The notes beneath the pieces were generated by a model, which searched no databases, was not told the origin of the DNA, and saw nothing but the letters and a program-made list of their open reading frames with translations. The translations under genes were made by a program, and so were the position numbers. DNA of 64,000 bases, taken from contig WRHR01000002.1 in assembly GCA_009783145.1 (NCBI GenBank), positions 34,834 to 98,833 on the forward strand, in the 5' to 3' direction. The stretch comes from Alphaproteobacteria bacterium. GTDB lineage: Bacteria; Pseudomonadota; Alphaproteobacteria; Rs-D84. How positions within the stretch are numbered: position 1 is the stretch's first letter; every line of letters starts with the position of its first letter. This document shows positions 1 through 9,214 of this stretch, piece after piece.

Positions 1-90
1 CGCGCAGCTGTAATCCGAACGTTGAAGCCAGTTCGCCCGCGGTAGTCTTCGCCCCGCGCGGCCCGAATAAAAATTTCAATAGTTTCATCA
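1..90 (-). CDS. N-terminal fragment of a gene running off the left edge (MMKLLKFLFGPRGAKTTAGELAS...)
   Basis: ATG at 88-90 on minus strand, open to window edge; not in ORF track because partial. Confidence 0.2.
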
Positions 91-111
91 TAAAGGGAAT
101 TCTAAAACAAA

Positions 112-235
112 AATTAGCAATTAGCAATTAGCAATTAGCAATTAGCAGTTTGACGCAACAATAAGCATTGTCCATTATAATGGACAATGTTTCTAAATTC
201 TCCGAACCATTAATTGCTAATTGATAATTGCTAAT
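112..235. repeat. Heptamer-array hairpin element, family A: (gcaatta)x4 - spacer with TGTCCATTATAATGGACA - (taattgc)x3
   Basis: Tandem 7-mers 112-143 and inverted copies 209-235 flank perfect 18-bp palindrome 169-186. Confidence 0.85.
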
Positions 236-1015
236 TTATGGGCATTGGGACAGCAAATCCTGCACCATACGGACGTCGTCCGTTATCGAGACCGTAACTT
301 CGCGCTTCAGCCCGTCCTGAAAGGTATAAATGAACTGTGCGTCGGAAAAATCATCAAACGGCGCCAGCAGAGCGTCGAACCATTCGCGACGGTGGCACAG
401 GCAGACGTCCCGCACATCGGATACCGCATTCGCCGTCATAGTGCGCCGGTATTTCGCCTGAAGCTCGGCATCTCCGGTCACCAAGCAGCGATCGTTGAAT
501 CCGTAGAAGTTCGCGTCATCCACCATGAACTTGTATATGAGGCCGCGGGATGCCCCGGCATTTCGCAGTCTGTTCACCATTCCGCTTGTGCAGCAGGCGC
601 GCGACGCCCTCATCAGCGTTCTGTATCTTTTCACCAGCGGGCGCATATATTCCGCGTCCATATCTATTTCTTCCCCGGAATCTATCGCTCTTTGCAACGC
701 GGCCGTCCTTTCTTCCCCGATCGAGCGCGAGGGCAATTGCAACCCTTCCCTGACAAGCGGCTTGCGCGTCCAGATCCGGCACTCGGCATTCGTGAAAAAA
801 GGGCATCCCCTCTTTGAATACGGCGAAGAATAATTCAGCACGTTAAACGGTTTTCCGGCTTCGAATAAAAAGTCAAGCTCGTCAAATAAAACGGGGTCTC
901 CCTGAAAAACGATATCATCGGATATAAAGAAATCCGCGCTGCCGTCATCGGACGCAAACGCGCCGAACGAGCAAAGCGCAAACAGCAACGCGCAAATAGC
1001 AAATCTTGCTTTCAT
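236..1015 (-). CDS. Hypothetical secreted protein (cleavable signal peptide MKARFAICALLFALCSFGAFA)
   Basis: 259-aa ORF, N-terminal signal peptide; no recognisable domain. Confidence 0.5.
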   Translation of the reverse strand: MKARFAICALLFALCSFGAFASDDGSADFFISDDIVFQGDPVLFDELDFLFEAGKPFNVLNYSSPYSKRGCPFFTNAECRIWTRKPLVREGLQLPSRSIGEERTAALQRAIDSGEEIDMDAEYMRPLVKRYRTLMRASRACCTSGMVNRLRNAGASRGLIYKFMVDDANFYGFNDRCLVTGDAELQAKYRRTMTANAVSDVRDVCLCHRREWFDALLAPFDDFSDAQFIYTFQDGLKREVTVSITDDVRMVQDLLSQCP

Positions 1016-1035
1016 AATAAAGAATTATATCATAA

Positions 1036-1128
1036 ATAATGACTAATGACCAATGACTAATTACAAATGACCAATCCGCACCAAATTAGTCATTAATCAT
1101 TGGTCATTGGTCATTAAAAAAACCGCCT
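1036..1128. repeat. Heptamer-array hairpin element, family B: (aatgacN)x5 / inverted (attNgtc)x4
   Basis: taatgactaatgaccaatgactaat ... attagtcattaatcattggtcattggtcatt. Confidence 0.8.
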
Positions 1129-1147
1129 TTCGGCGGTTTTTTTTAGA
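1118..1147 (-). terminator. Intrinsic terminator (aaaccgcc-tttc-ggcggttt + T/A runs), bidirectional
   Basis: GC hairpin followed by U-tract on minus strand immediately after the stop of 1143-1817. Confidence 0.6.
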
Positions 1148-1817
1148 ATCCCTTGGGAGTTTCCATTTTGGTATTGGATATGCGCTTGTCCAATGCCGCG
1201 ACTATATCCGGCGTAATGTCCAAGCCTTTTATAGCGCTGGGCGCAACGCGGGCAAACCGGCCGTCGATTACCAATGACAGGTTCTTCTTCGCGATTATCG
1301 CATCCACTATCGGATCCAAATGATCCGACTGGATTTTGTTCAGGGCCTTTTGGAATGAAGTCTCTATCGCCTGGGCGCGAGTCGTCAGGTCCTGCTGCAA
1401 TTTGGAGACTTTCTGCTGGTATTCGACCACGCGTTTCTGCAGGGCTTCGCGCGAAAGCACGTCCTGGGACTTCTCGATCTCGACCTTTTCTTTTTCCAGC
1501 TCTTTCTGGCGGCGGGTCAGTTCGTCGCGCAGCTTGGTCTCGTACGATTCGCGCTGCTTGCGCAGGTCGATCAAGACTTTTGCCTCGGTCTGGATCGCAT
1601 CCATGCGGACGACCGCCATGCGCAGGTCCGCGCCGGTTACCGCCTCATTCGACACATGCGAAATCGCGCTATCTACCGACATCGGGCCTGAAAAATGCCG
1701 TACGGCCCAGAACCCCAAGATTGCGACAACCACAACCGCGGCGGCGATTATTCCGACTTTGGAATATTTTTTCAGATTGGCGGGAACCGCCACTTTTTTG
1801 GACATATTTACCTTCAT
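1143..1817 (-). CDS. OmpH/Skp-like periplasmic chaperone with N-terminal membrane anchor
   Basis: 224 aa, TM anchor then long K/E/Q-rich coiled coil typical of the OmpH family; call from composition only. Confidence 0.4.
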   Translation of the reverse strand: MKVNMSKKVAVPANLKKYSKVGIIAAAVVVVAILGFWAVRHFSGPMSVDSAISHVSNEAVTGADLRMAVVRMDAIQTEAKVLIDLRKQRESYETKLRDELTRRQKELEKEKVEIEKSQDVLSREALQKRVVEYQQKVSKLQQDLTTRAQAIETSFQKALNKIQSDHLDPIVDAIIAKKNLSLVIDGRFARVAPSAIKGLDITPDIVAALDKRISNTKMETPKGF

Positions 1818-1894
1818 AGCTTCTTCCTTTTTGTTATTAGGCGAGGAGAGTATAGCGAATTAATTACGGATTTCAATGAGAATTTTTGCGAAAT

Positions 1895-2596
1895 TTACCT
1901 TGCTGGAGACAGCCTGATTTCCACGCGCCGGTTCATACGGCGACCCGTATCGTCCTGGGCCGCGATCGGGCGCGCGGCGCCACGCCCGGTTATGAACATC
2001 CGCGACGTGTTGACCTCGTGCTTTGCCAGGAAAATCGCCACCCTTTGGGCCATGTCTGTCGACAGCGCAACCGCCGCGTCCTTGTCCCGCATAGCGTCCG
2101 TATATCCCGCGATTTCCATAAACGTGGCATCGTATTTTTTCAGAACCTTCGCGATGGTCTTCAACATATCCGCCCCGTCTGCGGAGATTTCCGGAGCATC
2201 CGAATACATAAACGAATCGCGCACAAGCAGCAAGACTACATCTGTCCCGACGCGCTGCACTTGGATTCCAGGCTTCAGCAAGGAATCATAAAGCTCTTGT
2301 TCCAACGCCACCATGTATTTGAATACCGCCGGGTCTATATCCGTACGGGCCGATTCCGCACCATAATTGCTGATTACTGATTGCTCATTGCCAATTAACT
2401 TGCCCCCATTGCCCAAGTAAACCGGGCGCTTTGCAATTTTCATAGTATCCGTCATTTCTCCCATGGTCGCCCCGCGAAGAATCGCGGGCCACTGGTCATG
2501 CGGCGGAGTTTTATATGCGACGCAGCCGCATATAAGAGTAAGAGAGTAGAAGAGTAGAAGAGTAGAAAAGAATGATAATAACCGATGTTTTTTCAT
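1895..2596 (-). CDS. OmpA-family peptidoglycan-binding (lipo)protein
   Basis: C-terminal OmpA_C/MotB-like domain (...TDAMRDKDAAVALSTDMAQRVAIFLAKHEV...NRRVEIRL); signal peptide encoded by the repeat at 2525-2640. Confidence 0.7.
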   Translation of the reverse strand: MKKHRLLSFFSTLLLFYSLTLICGCVAYKTPPHDQWPAILRGATMGEMTDTMKIAKRPVYLGNGGKLIGNEQSVISNYGAESARTDIDPAVFKYMVALEQELYDSLLKPGIQVQRVGTDVVLLLVRDSFMYSDAPEISADGADMLKTIAKVLKKYDATFMEIAGYTDAMRDKDAAVALSTDMAQRVAIFLAKHEVNTSRMFITGRGAARPIAAQDDTGRRMNRRVEIRLSPAR

Positions 2597-2640
2597 ATCT
2601 GATTCTCTCCTACTCTCTTACTCTTTTACTCTCATTTAAC
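2525..2640. repeat. Heptamer/octamer-array hairpin element, family C: (agagtaga)x4 / inverted (tactctc)
   Basis: gagtaagagagtagaagagtagaagagtagaaaag ... ctctcctactctcttactcttttactctc; left arm codes LLSFFSTLLLFYSLTL of the 1895-2596 product. Confidence 0.8.
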
Positions 2641-3456
2641 CCAAACCGCCACTTCGTTTTTATCCGCTTTGCGGCAGTAAGTCGCGGCGGATTCAAAGTA
2701 CCCGTTAACGCTGACGCGATCCGCCCAATCCAGCTTTACCGTCGCCAGCCAGCCGCAAGTCTTGAAATCCAGCCCATTCAGCACCAGCGCGAATTCGCGC
2801 ACTCCCGGATGGGCGAATACCGAGAAATCCGCACCCGCCAGCGGGCTTTTTTCTGTTTTCATCACACCAGATTTTACAAGATAGTCGGTGGAGATTCCCC
2901 CAAAATCACGCCGCGCGGCATACAGCAGTTTCGTATTGCTGGCAATCGCTTTCAAGTCTTCGACCGCAACCATGCGAATCTGGCGAGTGCGCACGACATT
3001 ATACATTGATATCGCGCCCGCAGTCATAACACCTGCGATTGCAAGAACGCCCAGCATCTCTATTAGCGAACGACCTGATTGCGACAGGTTGGAGGTTGGA
3101 GGTTGGAGGTTGGAGGTTATTGATTTTGTAGAACTTGAAAGCATCTTTTTTATCTCCTCACAGTCATTGTTGATATTGTTAAACCATTCTTCTGTCAGGT
3201 AATCATTATCTTTTAGCAATTCCAGCCAATACAAAGTTTCGGAACATTCTTTTAATGCTATGTATTGCTTATTTGCAAAATCTTTTCTGCTGCTGGCATA
3301 AGCAGCTTCTGCCAAATTAGCACCGATACTTGTCCCCGATCGTAAAATTTGTTTAGAAAGAATATATTCTTTTTTTTCATCACACAAAAATTTATATAAC
3401 TTTACAACTCGACTGGCAAACTTTTTACTCTTTGTAAAAATCATACTTTCTTTCAT
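2632..3456 (-). CDS. Chimeric ORF: N-terminal four-helix-bundle protein of the 23S-rRNA-IVS protein family (TIGR02436-like) + (TSNLQPP)x3 repeat linker + type IV pilin-like C-terminal half (GRSLIEMLGVLAIAGVMTAGAISMY prepilin motif)
   Basis: Residues 1-110 match the four-helix-bundle pattern (SIGANLAEA...FIALKECSETLYWLELL); AT-rich block 3125-3456; class-III signal motif internal to ORF. Confidence 0.5.
   Translation of the reverse strand: MKESMIFTKSKKFASRVVKLYKFLCDEKKEYILSKQILRSGTSIGANLAEAAYASSRKDFANKQYIALKECSETLYWLELLKDNDYLTEEWFNNINNDCEEIKKMLSSSTKSITSNLQPPTSNLSQSGRSLIEMLGVLAIAGVMTAGAISMYNVVRTRQIRMVAVEDLKAIASNTKLLYAARRDFGGISTDYLVKSGVMKTEKSPLAGADFSVFAHPGVREFALVLNGLDFKTCGWLATVKLDWADRVSVNGYFESAATYCRKADKNEVAVWVK
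3087..3118. repeat. (ggttgga)x4 tandem heptamer repeat, in-frame inside CDS 2632-3456
   Basis: ggttggaggttggaggttggaggttggagg encodes TSNLQPPTSNLQPP. Confidence 0.8.
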
Positions 3457-3460
3457 TTTT

Positions 3461-3492
3461 ACCTCCTACTTCCTACCTCTTACCTCCTACTT
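3461..3492. repeat. Family D (ggaagta/ggaggta) single arm between chimeric-gene start and dnaX stop
   Basis: acctcctacttcctacctcttacctcctactt. Confidence 0.6.
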
Positions 3493-5037
3493 AACCGATA
3501 CAACCTCTGCCCCCGCAAATAGATTCAAAGCGTTTGCAACGGCCGGGTCGGATTCTATTTCCGCTTTTTTTATTTCGCCCGGAGTTTGAAGCGGCTCAGG
3601 CCTTGAAGCCTGCTCTATTTTTTCCAGAGTCCAAGTTTTGCCGGTTTTTTCCAACAAGAACTTATTCAGCTTTATCTGGAAATCGCGATCGTCCCGTCGG
3701 TCAAAGAATTTTATATGCCCATCCGAAAACTCGATAACTTCTATATTGTTGTTCCAATGAGTCATCAGCAGCAATTCTTTTGCATCGGAAAGCGCACAAG
3801 CCAAATCCGCAGGAGAATTTAAAGCCGGAGGCGCGGAATGCGAGGACGGCTCCGGCTGCGCGGCTTTTACGCTTTTCGTTTTGCTTTTTTCGCCTTCGCT
3901 GTGCTGCAACAAAACGGAAACCGGCGGTATGTCCGCGATATGCATCAAGCGCACGAGCAGCATATCGAAGCACTGCTTTTGATTTCCCGCTGCCTGCATT
4001 TCCGGCTGCGCGGCCACCATAACCTGCCATATCCTCGACAAGGTATTTATCCCCGCGGTCTCGACGATTTTTTTGATCTGCTCTTTTTGGTCCGCAGTGT
4101 ACGGCGAGCTTGAAGCGCCGCCGGCGCGCAAGGCCGGATGCATTCTTGTCGCCCAATGAGTCCATTCCATCATGTCAGTCAGCAGCATAGTCAAATCCGC
4201 GCCGTTCGCGTACAGCGCGTCGGCTTTGGCGATCGCCGCCGCCACATCCCCGGATAGCAGAGTCTGCATAAAATCGACAACCACACCGCGGTCCGCGCGT
4301 TTCAGCATTTCCAAGACCGCCGCTTCATCAACCTTGCCCCCCGTCTGCGCGATTGCCTGGTCCAACAGAGATACTCCGTCGCGAGCGCTGCCGTCCGCGG
4401 CGCGGGCAATCAGATCATTCGCGCCTTCGGTCAGCTCTATCTTTTCTTGGTCCGCCATCCAAGCAAAATGCTTCTTTAAAATATCGACCGGTATGCGCAC
4501 CAGATCAAACCGCTGGCAGCGCGATAAAATAGTCACCGGGACTTTGCGGATTTCAGTTGTCGCAAGTATGAAAATAACATGCGATGGCGGTTCTTCCAGA
4601 GTCTTCAACAAAGCATTAAACGCGCTGGTCGACAGCATATGGACTTCGTCGATGATATATACTTTATAGCGGCCGTTCGTAGGGCGATACCCGGCGGCGT
4701 CCAGAATATCGCGCATATTATCCACGCCGGTGTGCGACGCGGCATCGATTTCCAAGACATCGATATGCTGGCCGGCGGCGATCGCGCGGCAGTTTTCGCA
4801 AGTCCCGCAAGGCGTCGCGGTGGCCTTGTCCGCGCTTTGGCAGTTCAAGGCTTTCGCCAGAATGCGCGCGGTGCTGGTTTTCCCGGTGCCGCGTATTCCG
4901 GTGAAGATATATGCGTGAGCAATACGGTCGGTATTGATTGCGGTGGTAAGAGTCTTGACCAAGACTTCCTGGCCGATAAGCGATGCGAAATCCTGCGAAC
5001 GGTATTTCCGCGCAAGAACGGTGTAATTTGTATCCAT
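3487..5037 (-). CDS. dnaX: DNA polymerase III subunit tau/gamma
   Basis: N-terminal clamp-loader AAA+ motifs (GTGKTSTARILAKALNC, Cys4 zinc module CGTCENC, DEVHML). Confidence 0.9.
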   Translation of the reverse strand: MDTNYTVLARKYRSQDFASLIGQEVLVKTLTTAINTDRIAHAYIFTGIRGTGKTSTARILAKALNCQSADKATATPCGTCENCRAIAAGQHIDVLEIDAASHTGVDNMRDILDAAGYRPTNGRYKVYIIDEVHMLSTSAFNALLKTLEEPPSHVIFILATTEIRKVPVTILSRCQRFDLVRIPVDILKKHFAWMADQEKIELTEGANDLIARAADGSARDGVSLLDQAIAQTGGKVDEAAVLEMLKRADRGVVVDFMQTLLSGDVAAAIAKADALYANGADLTMLLTDMMEWTHWATRMHPALRAGGASSSPYTADQKEQIKKIVETAGINTLSRIWQVMVAAQPEMQAAGNQKQCFDMLLVRLMHIADIPPVSVLLQHSEGEKSKTKSVKAAQPEPSSHSAPPALNSPADLACALSDAKELLLMTHWNNNIEVIEFSDGHIKFFDRRDDRDFQIKLNKFLLEKTGKTWTLEKIEQASRPEPLQTPGEIKKAEIESDPAVANALNLFAGAEVVSVK

Positions 5038-5094
5038 GATATTTTATTCCTTGTCGGCTAAGAATAGCAAAAATAAACCGCGTTTCAAGGAATA

Positions 5095-5265
5095 TGTTAG
5101 TCCCCCTTGTTAAAGGGGGAATTTTTGTTAATGAGCACGAAGTGCGAATTTACAAAAATAGGGGGATTATCGTTTTATACGAACATTACAAGATAATCCC
5201 CCTAAATCGCTAAACTCGCCTACGGCTCCTTAAGCGATTTTCCCCCTCTAACGAGGGGGATGACG
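5095..5265. repeat. Cluster of three G5/C5-stem hairpins upstream of dnaX
   Basis: cccccttgttaaaggggg; agggggattatc-N22-gataatccccct; ccccctctaacgaggggg. Confidence 0.6.
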
Positions 5266-5314
5266 AATAACATAACATTTGTAAATACCGACAAAATATG
5301 GTACAATTTACATT

Positions 5315-5566
5315 ATGAAACTGTTCAAACGCATCTTGGGCGTATCTTTGGTTACTGTAGGAGTCCTAGCGGGCAAGTCGGCCCTAGGTGCATCTTGCAA
5401 CTCGGCTATAGGGAACGGGACAGAAATTAATGGCGATTGTCGTTACGAAAGTTGCGTTAATGCAACCGATATTTTATCCAATGGAAAATGTTATTGCAAG
5501 AAAAGCAATTGTGATCCATCTGCCCCCATCAGTTTGTTCAGGCTTCGGGCCGGTTCAAACTGCTAA
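5315..5566 (+). CDS. Small secreted Cys-rich peptide (signal peptide + 8 Cys), AT-rich
   Basis: 83-aa ORF; low-GC block 5300-6330. Confidence 0.3.
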   Translation: MKLFKRILGVSLVTVGVLAGKSALGASCNSAIGNGTEINGDCRYESCVNATDILSNGKCYCKKSNCDPSAPISLFRLRAGSNC

Positions 5567-6322
5567 TCCTGCCTTGCTGGCTTGCTTTATATATTTCTTG
5601 AGTCTTCTGACCAAACCTTTTCTTTTCGCCATTTTATAAGCGAAACCGCATGGTCCATTATCCATCCAAGTATTATTATATCTTTCTTCTTCCCTGTCTT
5701 TATTAAACTGTAGTAACAGCTTATCCGCGCAAGCCGGGGACATTTTTTCATCTATTATGTGCTCCGCACACTTTTTCATCTGTGCATAAATCCGTTCGGT
5801 TTGCATTTGCAAGTTTTTCAGCGTCTGCTTATCATATTTTTGGGGCTTTACAATCCATTCATCGCGAAGCACGGAATACGAGGCCGCGTTTTTTGCGATA
5901 TCCGGCACCTGACCGTCTTTACCAAAAGTTCCGTCATTATTTTTGATATAAAAATTATGAAAAATAGCAATTTCCAATTTCCGCCCGCAAATTTTCGGCT
6001 TGAAAAAGCGAATGAAATAGTCTTGCAGATACCAAACGAATTCGTTGGCGATTTCAGGGTTGCAGACTTTAAGTATTCCCGATATATCCACAAAGATATG
6101 GACGTCTATATCGCTGGACCAGGTGTAAAAATAATTCGCCGCGGAACCGATAAGAACTATGTCCATAACATCCTTGTCATGATCAAGCTTTACATGAAAC
6201 GATTCTTCAAAAAAACCCAAAAACTCCCAGGCCCACTTCAATATGCATTGCCTAGCGGGCTGTCGCAACTTTTGCGAAGGCAGCCAAATTGTTTTTAATA
6301 ATTGTCGCTTTTGGGCAAACAT
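5555..6322 (-). CDS. Nucleotidyltransferase-fold protein (Pol-beta superfamily; GS-x10-DID motif)
   Basis: IVLIGSAANYFYTWSSDIDVHIFVD = hG[GS]...DxD signature; start taken at MFAQKRQLL (6322), 7 bp after the upstream stop; AT-rich. Confidence 0.5.
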   Translation of the reverse strand: MFAQKRQLLKTIWLPSQKLRQPARQCILKWAWEFLGFFEESFHVKLDHDKDVMDIVLIGSAANYFYTWSSDIDVHIFVDISGILKVCNPEIANEFVWYLQDYFIRFFKPKICGRKLEIAIFHNFYIKNNDGTFGKDGQVPDIAKNAASYSVLRDEWIVKPQKYDKQTLKNLQMQTERIYAQMKKCAEHIIDEKMSPACADKLLLQFNKDREEERYNNTWMDNGPCGFAYKMAKRKGLVRRLKKYIKQASKAGLAV

Positions 6323-6329
6323 ATTCTGA

Positions 6330-9212
6330 TTACGGACATGACCCACCGGGTGTTTCCATTTCCAACTGAAAACATTTCGGCACACCATTCAGCTTGCCAG
6401 CCCGAGTTATATAGCTACATCTAAGTCCAGCCGCGACGCATCCTTGCGGACCTTCCAGGTATCCCGTGCAGCTTTCATCCATAAATACCCAAACATAGTC
6501 TTCTGAACTATACGTTGAATGGTGCTCGCCATCACCATCTGCATAAGTGAAGCCATATCCTATAAAACCACAGGCAGGATTTATTGCCGCCCCTATTGTA
6601 AAAAGCCCTGAATCGCATCCGAAGCCTTTTGCCGGACATTGCGAATTACGTTCAACACAAGCCGAATTCTGGCTGGAACCTTGTGGTACTCCGCATATAC
6701 TGCCCAGCCATGTCGTTTCGATTGAACAGCAATGGTTATTGTCTGAATTTGCAGAACAAGTGCAATTCTCAATAAGTTGGCCAATTTCGCATGGCGGATA
6801 AACGCAGGAATTGCCGTTCGACTCTTGCCCTGTCGGACAGCAATACTGATTAATACCGGAAGTGCTTACGTCGCCGGGGCAAGCGCAAGACCCATCCATA
6901 GGGAAGTTTGCCGTCGAGCACTTGGGCTTACAGCCGTCGTCCCATGCTTGCCCGGACGGACAGCAATGTCCATGACTGGCGTTGCTGCAAGAGCACTCGT
7001 CCGTAGCGGGTCCCGGGATCGGGCACGGAGGCTTGCCCGTAACGCAATTCATCCCGTTCCAAATCTGTCCGACACCGCAATCCGGCTGACAACGGTTGAG
7101 GTTAATGTTCCAAACTTCGCCCGGCTCGCAGACGCCGTACGGCAATTCGCAGCGTCCCGAGATTACCAGATACCCGGCTTCGCAGACGCAGCGCTCATTC
7201 ACATAGAATCTCTGCAGACCCGTGTTTGGATCCGTTTGATATATTTGCCCAGGCCTTGGAATCGGCGCACCGACCTGCAACGACACCCAAGATGAATAAT
7301 CCGGACACAGCATCGACTGATAGAAGATATCCGATATGCTTTCTATGCATGTGTTCGGCTCGTCTATCGGACAAGCAACTTGATCGTCCGAGAACACCGC
7401 ATAGCCGCAAGTCAGCGCAACGTTCCGACACGCTCCTTTCAGCACCGCGTACACATTGTTGATATTCGCGTTATTAGACCAAGAATTAATCTGCATAACC
7501 TGCTGCGAATAGCACGCCGAAATTTCCGCCATACAACTGGAAGCGTAATCCGATATGATCCTTTCCTGAGCGGCGCGGATGCTGACCATCGCCCGCTGGA
7601 TATAATTCACCAATATATTATTCTTGTTGTTATACTTGCCGCGGTCGTCGTAAGTAAATGCGCGGCACTTGTCCAAGACCGGGCGGCAAAGGCCGCTGTT
7701 CGCATTGTCCCCCATTCCTATCTTCGAAAGCAGATACCGCACGATGCACTTGCCGTTATTGTTTTGAGCGTCGCAGGCGGAATAGCCGGACATGCTCCAC
7801 GCGCTGTTGATAAAGTTCGCATCTATCAGCGAATTATCATAATTAACCATCATCTTTCTTATCATAGAAATATTCTGGCCCAGTATGACTTCGCCATTTT
7901 CGTCTATGAATCTTTTTGTCGGATCCAAGCATTTCGCCATGTCGGCGCCGCAAACCATGTCGTCCTTCATGCATTGCTCCAAGGCCCCGACGCAGCCCTT
8001 GGCGTCGTACGCATTGTGGTCCTGCAGCACGGCCAGACGCGCCTTTTGCAGCATCTGCGTTGCGCTGCGCACGTTGGATTTAAGGGTATCGTTCATCTTT
8101 TCCAATCCCTTTTCGTACGCGATGCAGTCCTTGTCTATCTCCACGTCATAGCGGCCCGTAACCTGCCCGGTGTTCGCGCCCTTGGCCTTGCATGCGTTTA
8201 TCACGGGCGCGCAGCGCTTTTGCGCCATTTTGAACAAGTCCGTCCCGCGAAGGTTCGCAAACGAGGTATTGTTGTTCAGGCTGAACATTTCCGTAAAGTC
8301 CGTATCCAAATCGAAGTCCAAATCCAAATCCAGTCCGAAGTTGTTGTTGCCTTCCGCCACAAAAGATTCTGGGGTGCGTATCAGCTTTTCGATATCCGAC
8401 AGCATTCTGCGCGATTGGGTTGTGTCGCGGGCGTTCTGCAGTTCCAGCTCCGCTTCGGTGGCGGACATAATCGCGCGGATTTCCGGAGCCGTCAGCCCGA
8501 CATAGCGGATGCGCTGCGCCACGTCGTTCAACTGGCTGTTCGCTTCCTTTACGGCGCTTTCCACTCGCGCGTAAGACGACAAGCGCCCCGAACAGGCGCA
8601 TCGCTTTTGATTCGCGTCGATTACCGCGCAGAACTGATCCATGCAATCCGTGTACTGCACCATGCACGAATCGGTCGCAGCGCTGGTTTCTTCCCAGTTA
8701 AGCGCAGGCGCAGCAGGCGCAGAGGTCGCCGCGCGCGCCGTCAGATTACGGTTTTCGGCGCTTATATTCGAACCGGTTTGAAGGTCCGTGCCGACAATTT
8801 TCGCCCGTCCTCCGACTTCCGCCGTAGTCGGGCGCAAGGTAACCCCCGCGCGCCGCATAGGCGCGGACGCGTTCAGGCTTGCGGCATCGGTGCGCGCGGC
8901 GCGCCCTACTTGACGCGCGGCTTCGGTTATCGGGCTGGCGCGTCCGGATGCGGCCGGGGCCGCGTTCGCAACTTGACGAGATACGACTGCGCCGCGAGGA
9001 GACGGTGTCGCAGCTTGGACGCCAACTGCCGCCGGCTGATTCGCCGTTACGCGCGATACAACAGCGCCTTGGGTTTCAGTCTGATTTTGCGCGGACGAAG
9101 CGGCTGTAACGCCAACCTGCTGGCCTGGAATCGCGCGCGACGGGGCAACGTCAGCGGCCAGCGCCATGCCAGCGCAAAGAGCAAAGAACAAAGAGCAAAG
9201 AGCAAGTCTTTT
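6330..9212 (-). CDS. Large secreted Cys-rich protein B (signal peptide, A/T/G/R-rich disordered region, conserved Cys core, C-terminal Cys-dense repeats)
   Basis: about 960 aa from MKRLALCSLFFALCAGMALA; paralogous to 9215-11356 (YTDCMDQFCAV...RCACSGRL vs YYTCMDEICTA...RCACAGRV). Confidence 0.6.
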   Translation of the reverse strand, partial: KRLALCSLFFALCAGMALAADVAPSRAIPGQQVGVTAASSAQNQTETQGAVVSRVTANQPAAVGVQAATPSPRGAVVSRQVANAAPAASGRASPITEAARQVGRAARTDAASLNASAPMRRAGVTLRPTTAEVGGRAKIVGTDLQTGSNISAENRNLTARAATSAPAAPALNWEETSAATDSCMVQYTDCMDQFCAVIDANQKRCACSGRLSSYARVESAVKEANSQLNDVAQRIRYVGLTAPEIRAIMSATEAELELQNARDTTQSRRMLSDIEKLIRTPESFVAEGNNNFGLDLDLDFDLDTDFTEMFSLNNNTSFANLRGTDLFKMAQKRCAPVINACKAKGANTGQVTGRYDVEIDKDCIAYEKGLEKMNDTLKSNVRSATQMLQKARLAVLQDHNAYDAKGCVGALEQCMKDDMVCGADMAKCLDPTKRFIDENGEVILGQNISMIRKMMVNYDNSLIDANFINSAWSMSGYSACDAQNNNGKCIVRYLLSKIGMGDNANSGLCRPVLDKCRAFTYDDRGKYNNKNNILVNYIQRAMVSIRAAQERIISDYASSCMAEISACYSQQVMQINSWSNNANINNVYAVLKGACRNVALTCGYAVFSDDQVACPIDEPNTCIESISDIFYQSMLCPDYSSWVSLQVGAPIPRPGQIYQTDPNTGLQRFYVNERCVCEAGYLVISGRCELPYGVCEPGEVWNINLNRCQPDCGVGQIWNGMNCVTGKPPCPIPGPATDECSCSNASHGHCCPSGQAWDDGCKPKCSTANFPMDGSCACPGDVSTSGINQYCCPTGQESNGNSCVYPPCEIGQLIENCTCSANSDNNHCCSIETTWLGSICGVPQGSSQNSACVERNSQCPAKGFGCDSGLFTIGAAINPACGFIGYGFTYADGDGEHHSTYSSEDYVWVFMDESCTGYLEGPQGCVAAGLRCSYITRAGKLNGVPKCFQLEMETPGGSCP

Positions 9213-9214
9213 CA

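Noticed and set aside
221-1863. Plus-strand ORFs 221-817, 525-833, 1274-1819, 1336-1863 overlapping minus-strand genes
   Set aside because: Low-complexity Arg/Ser-rich translations fully inside better-supported minus-strand CDS
5095-5265. 4.5S/SRP RNA (ffs) upstream of dnaX
   Set aside because: Conserved domain-IV sequence (GGAAGCAGCCAAGG-like) is absent. The hairpins are G5/C5 repeats
5555-6388. Annotated start of the nucleotidyltransferase ORF at 6388
   Set aside because: That start would overlap the upstream gene by 58 bp. The internal Met at 6322 sits 7 bp after the upstream stop and is the more plausible start
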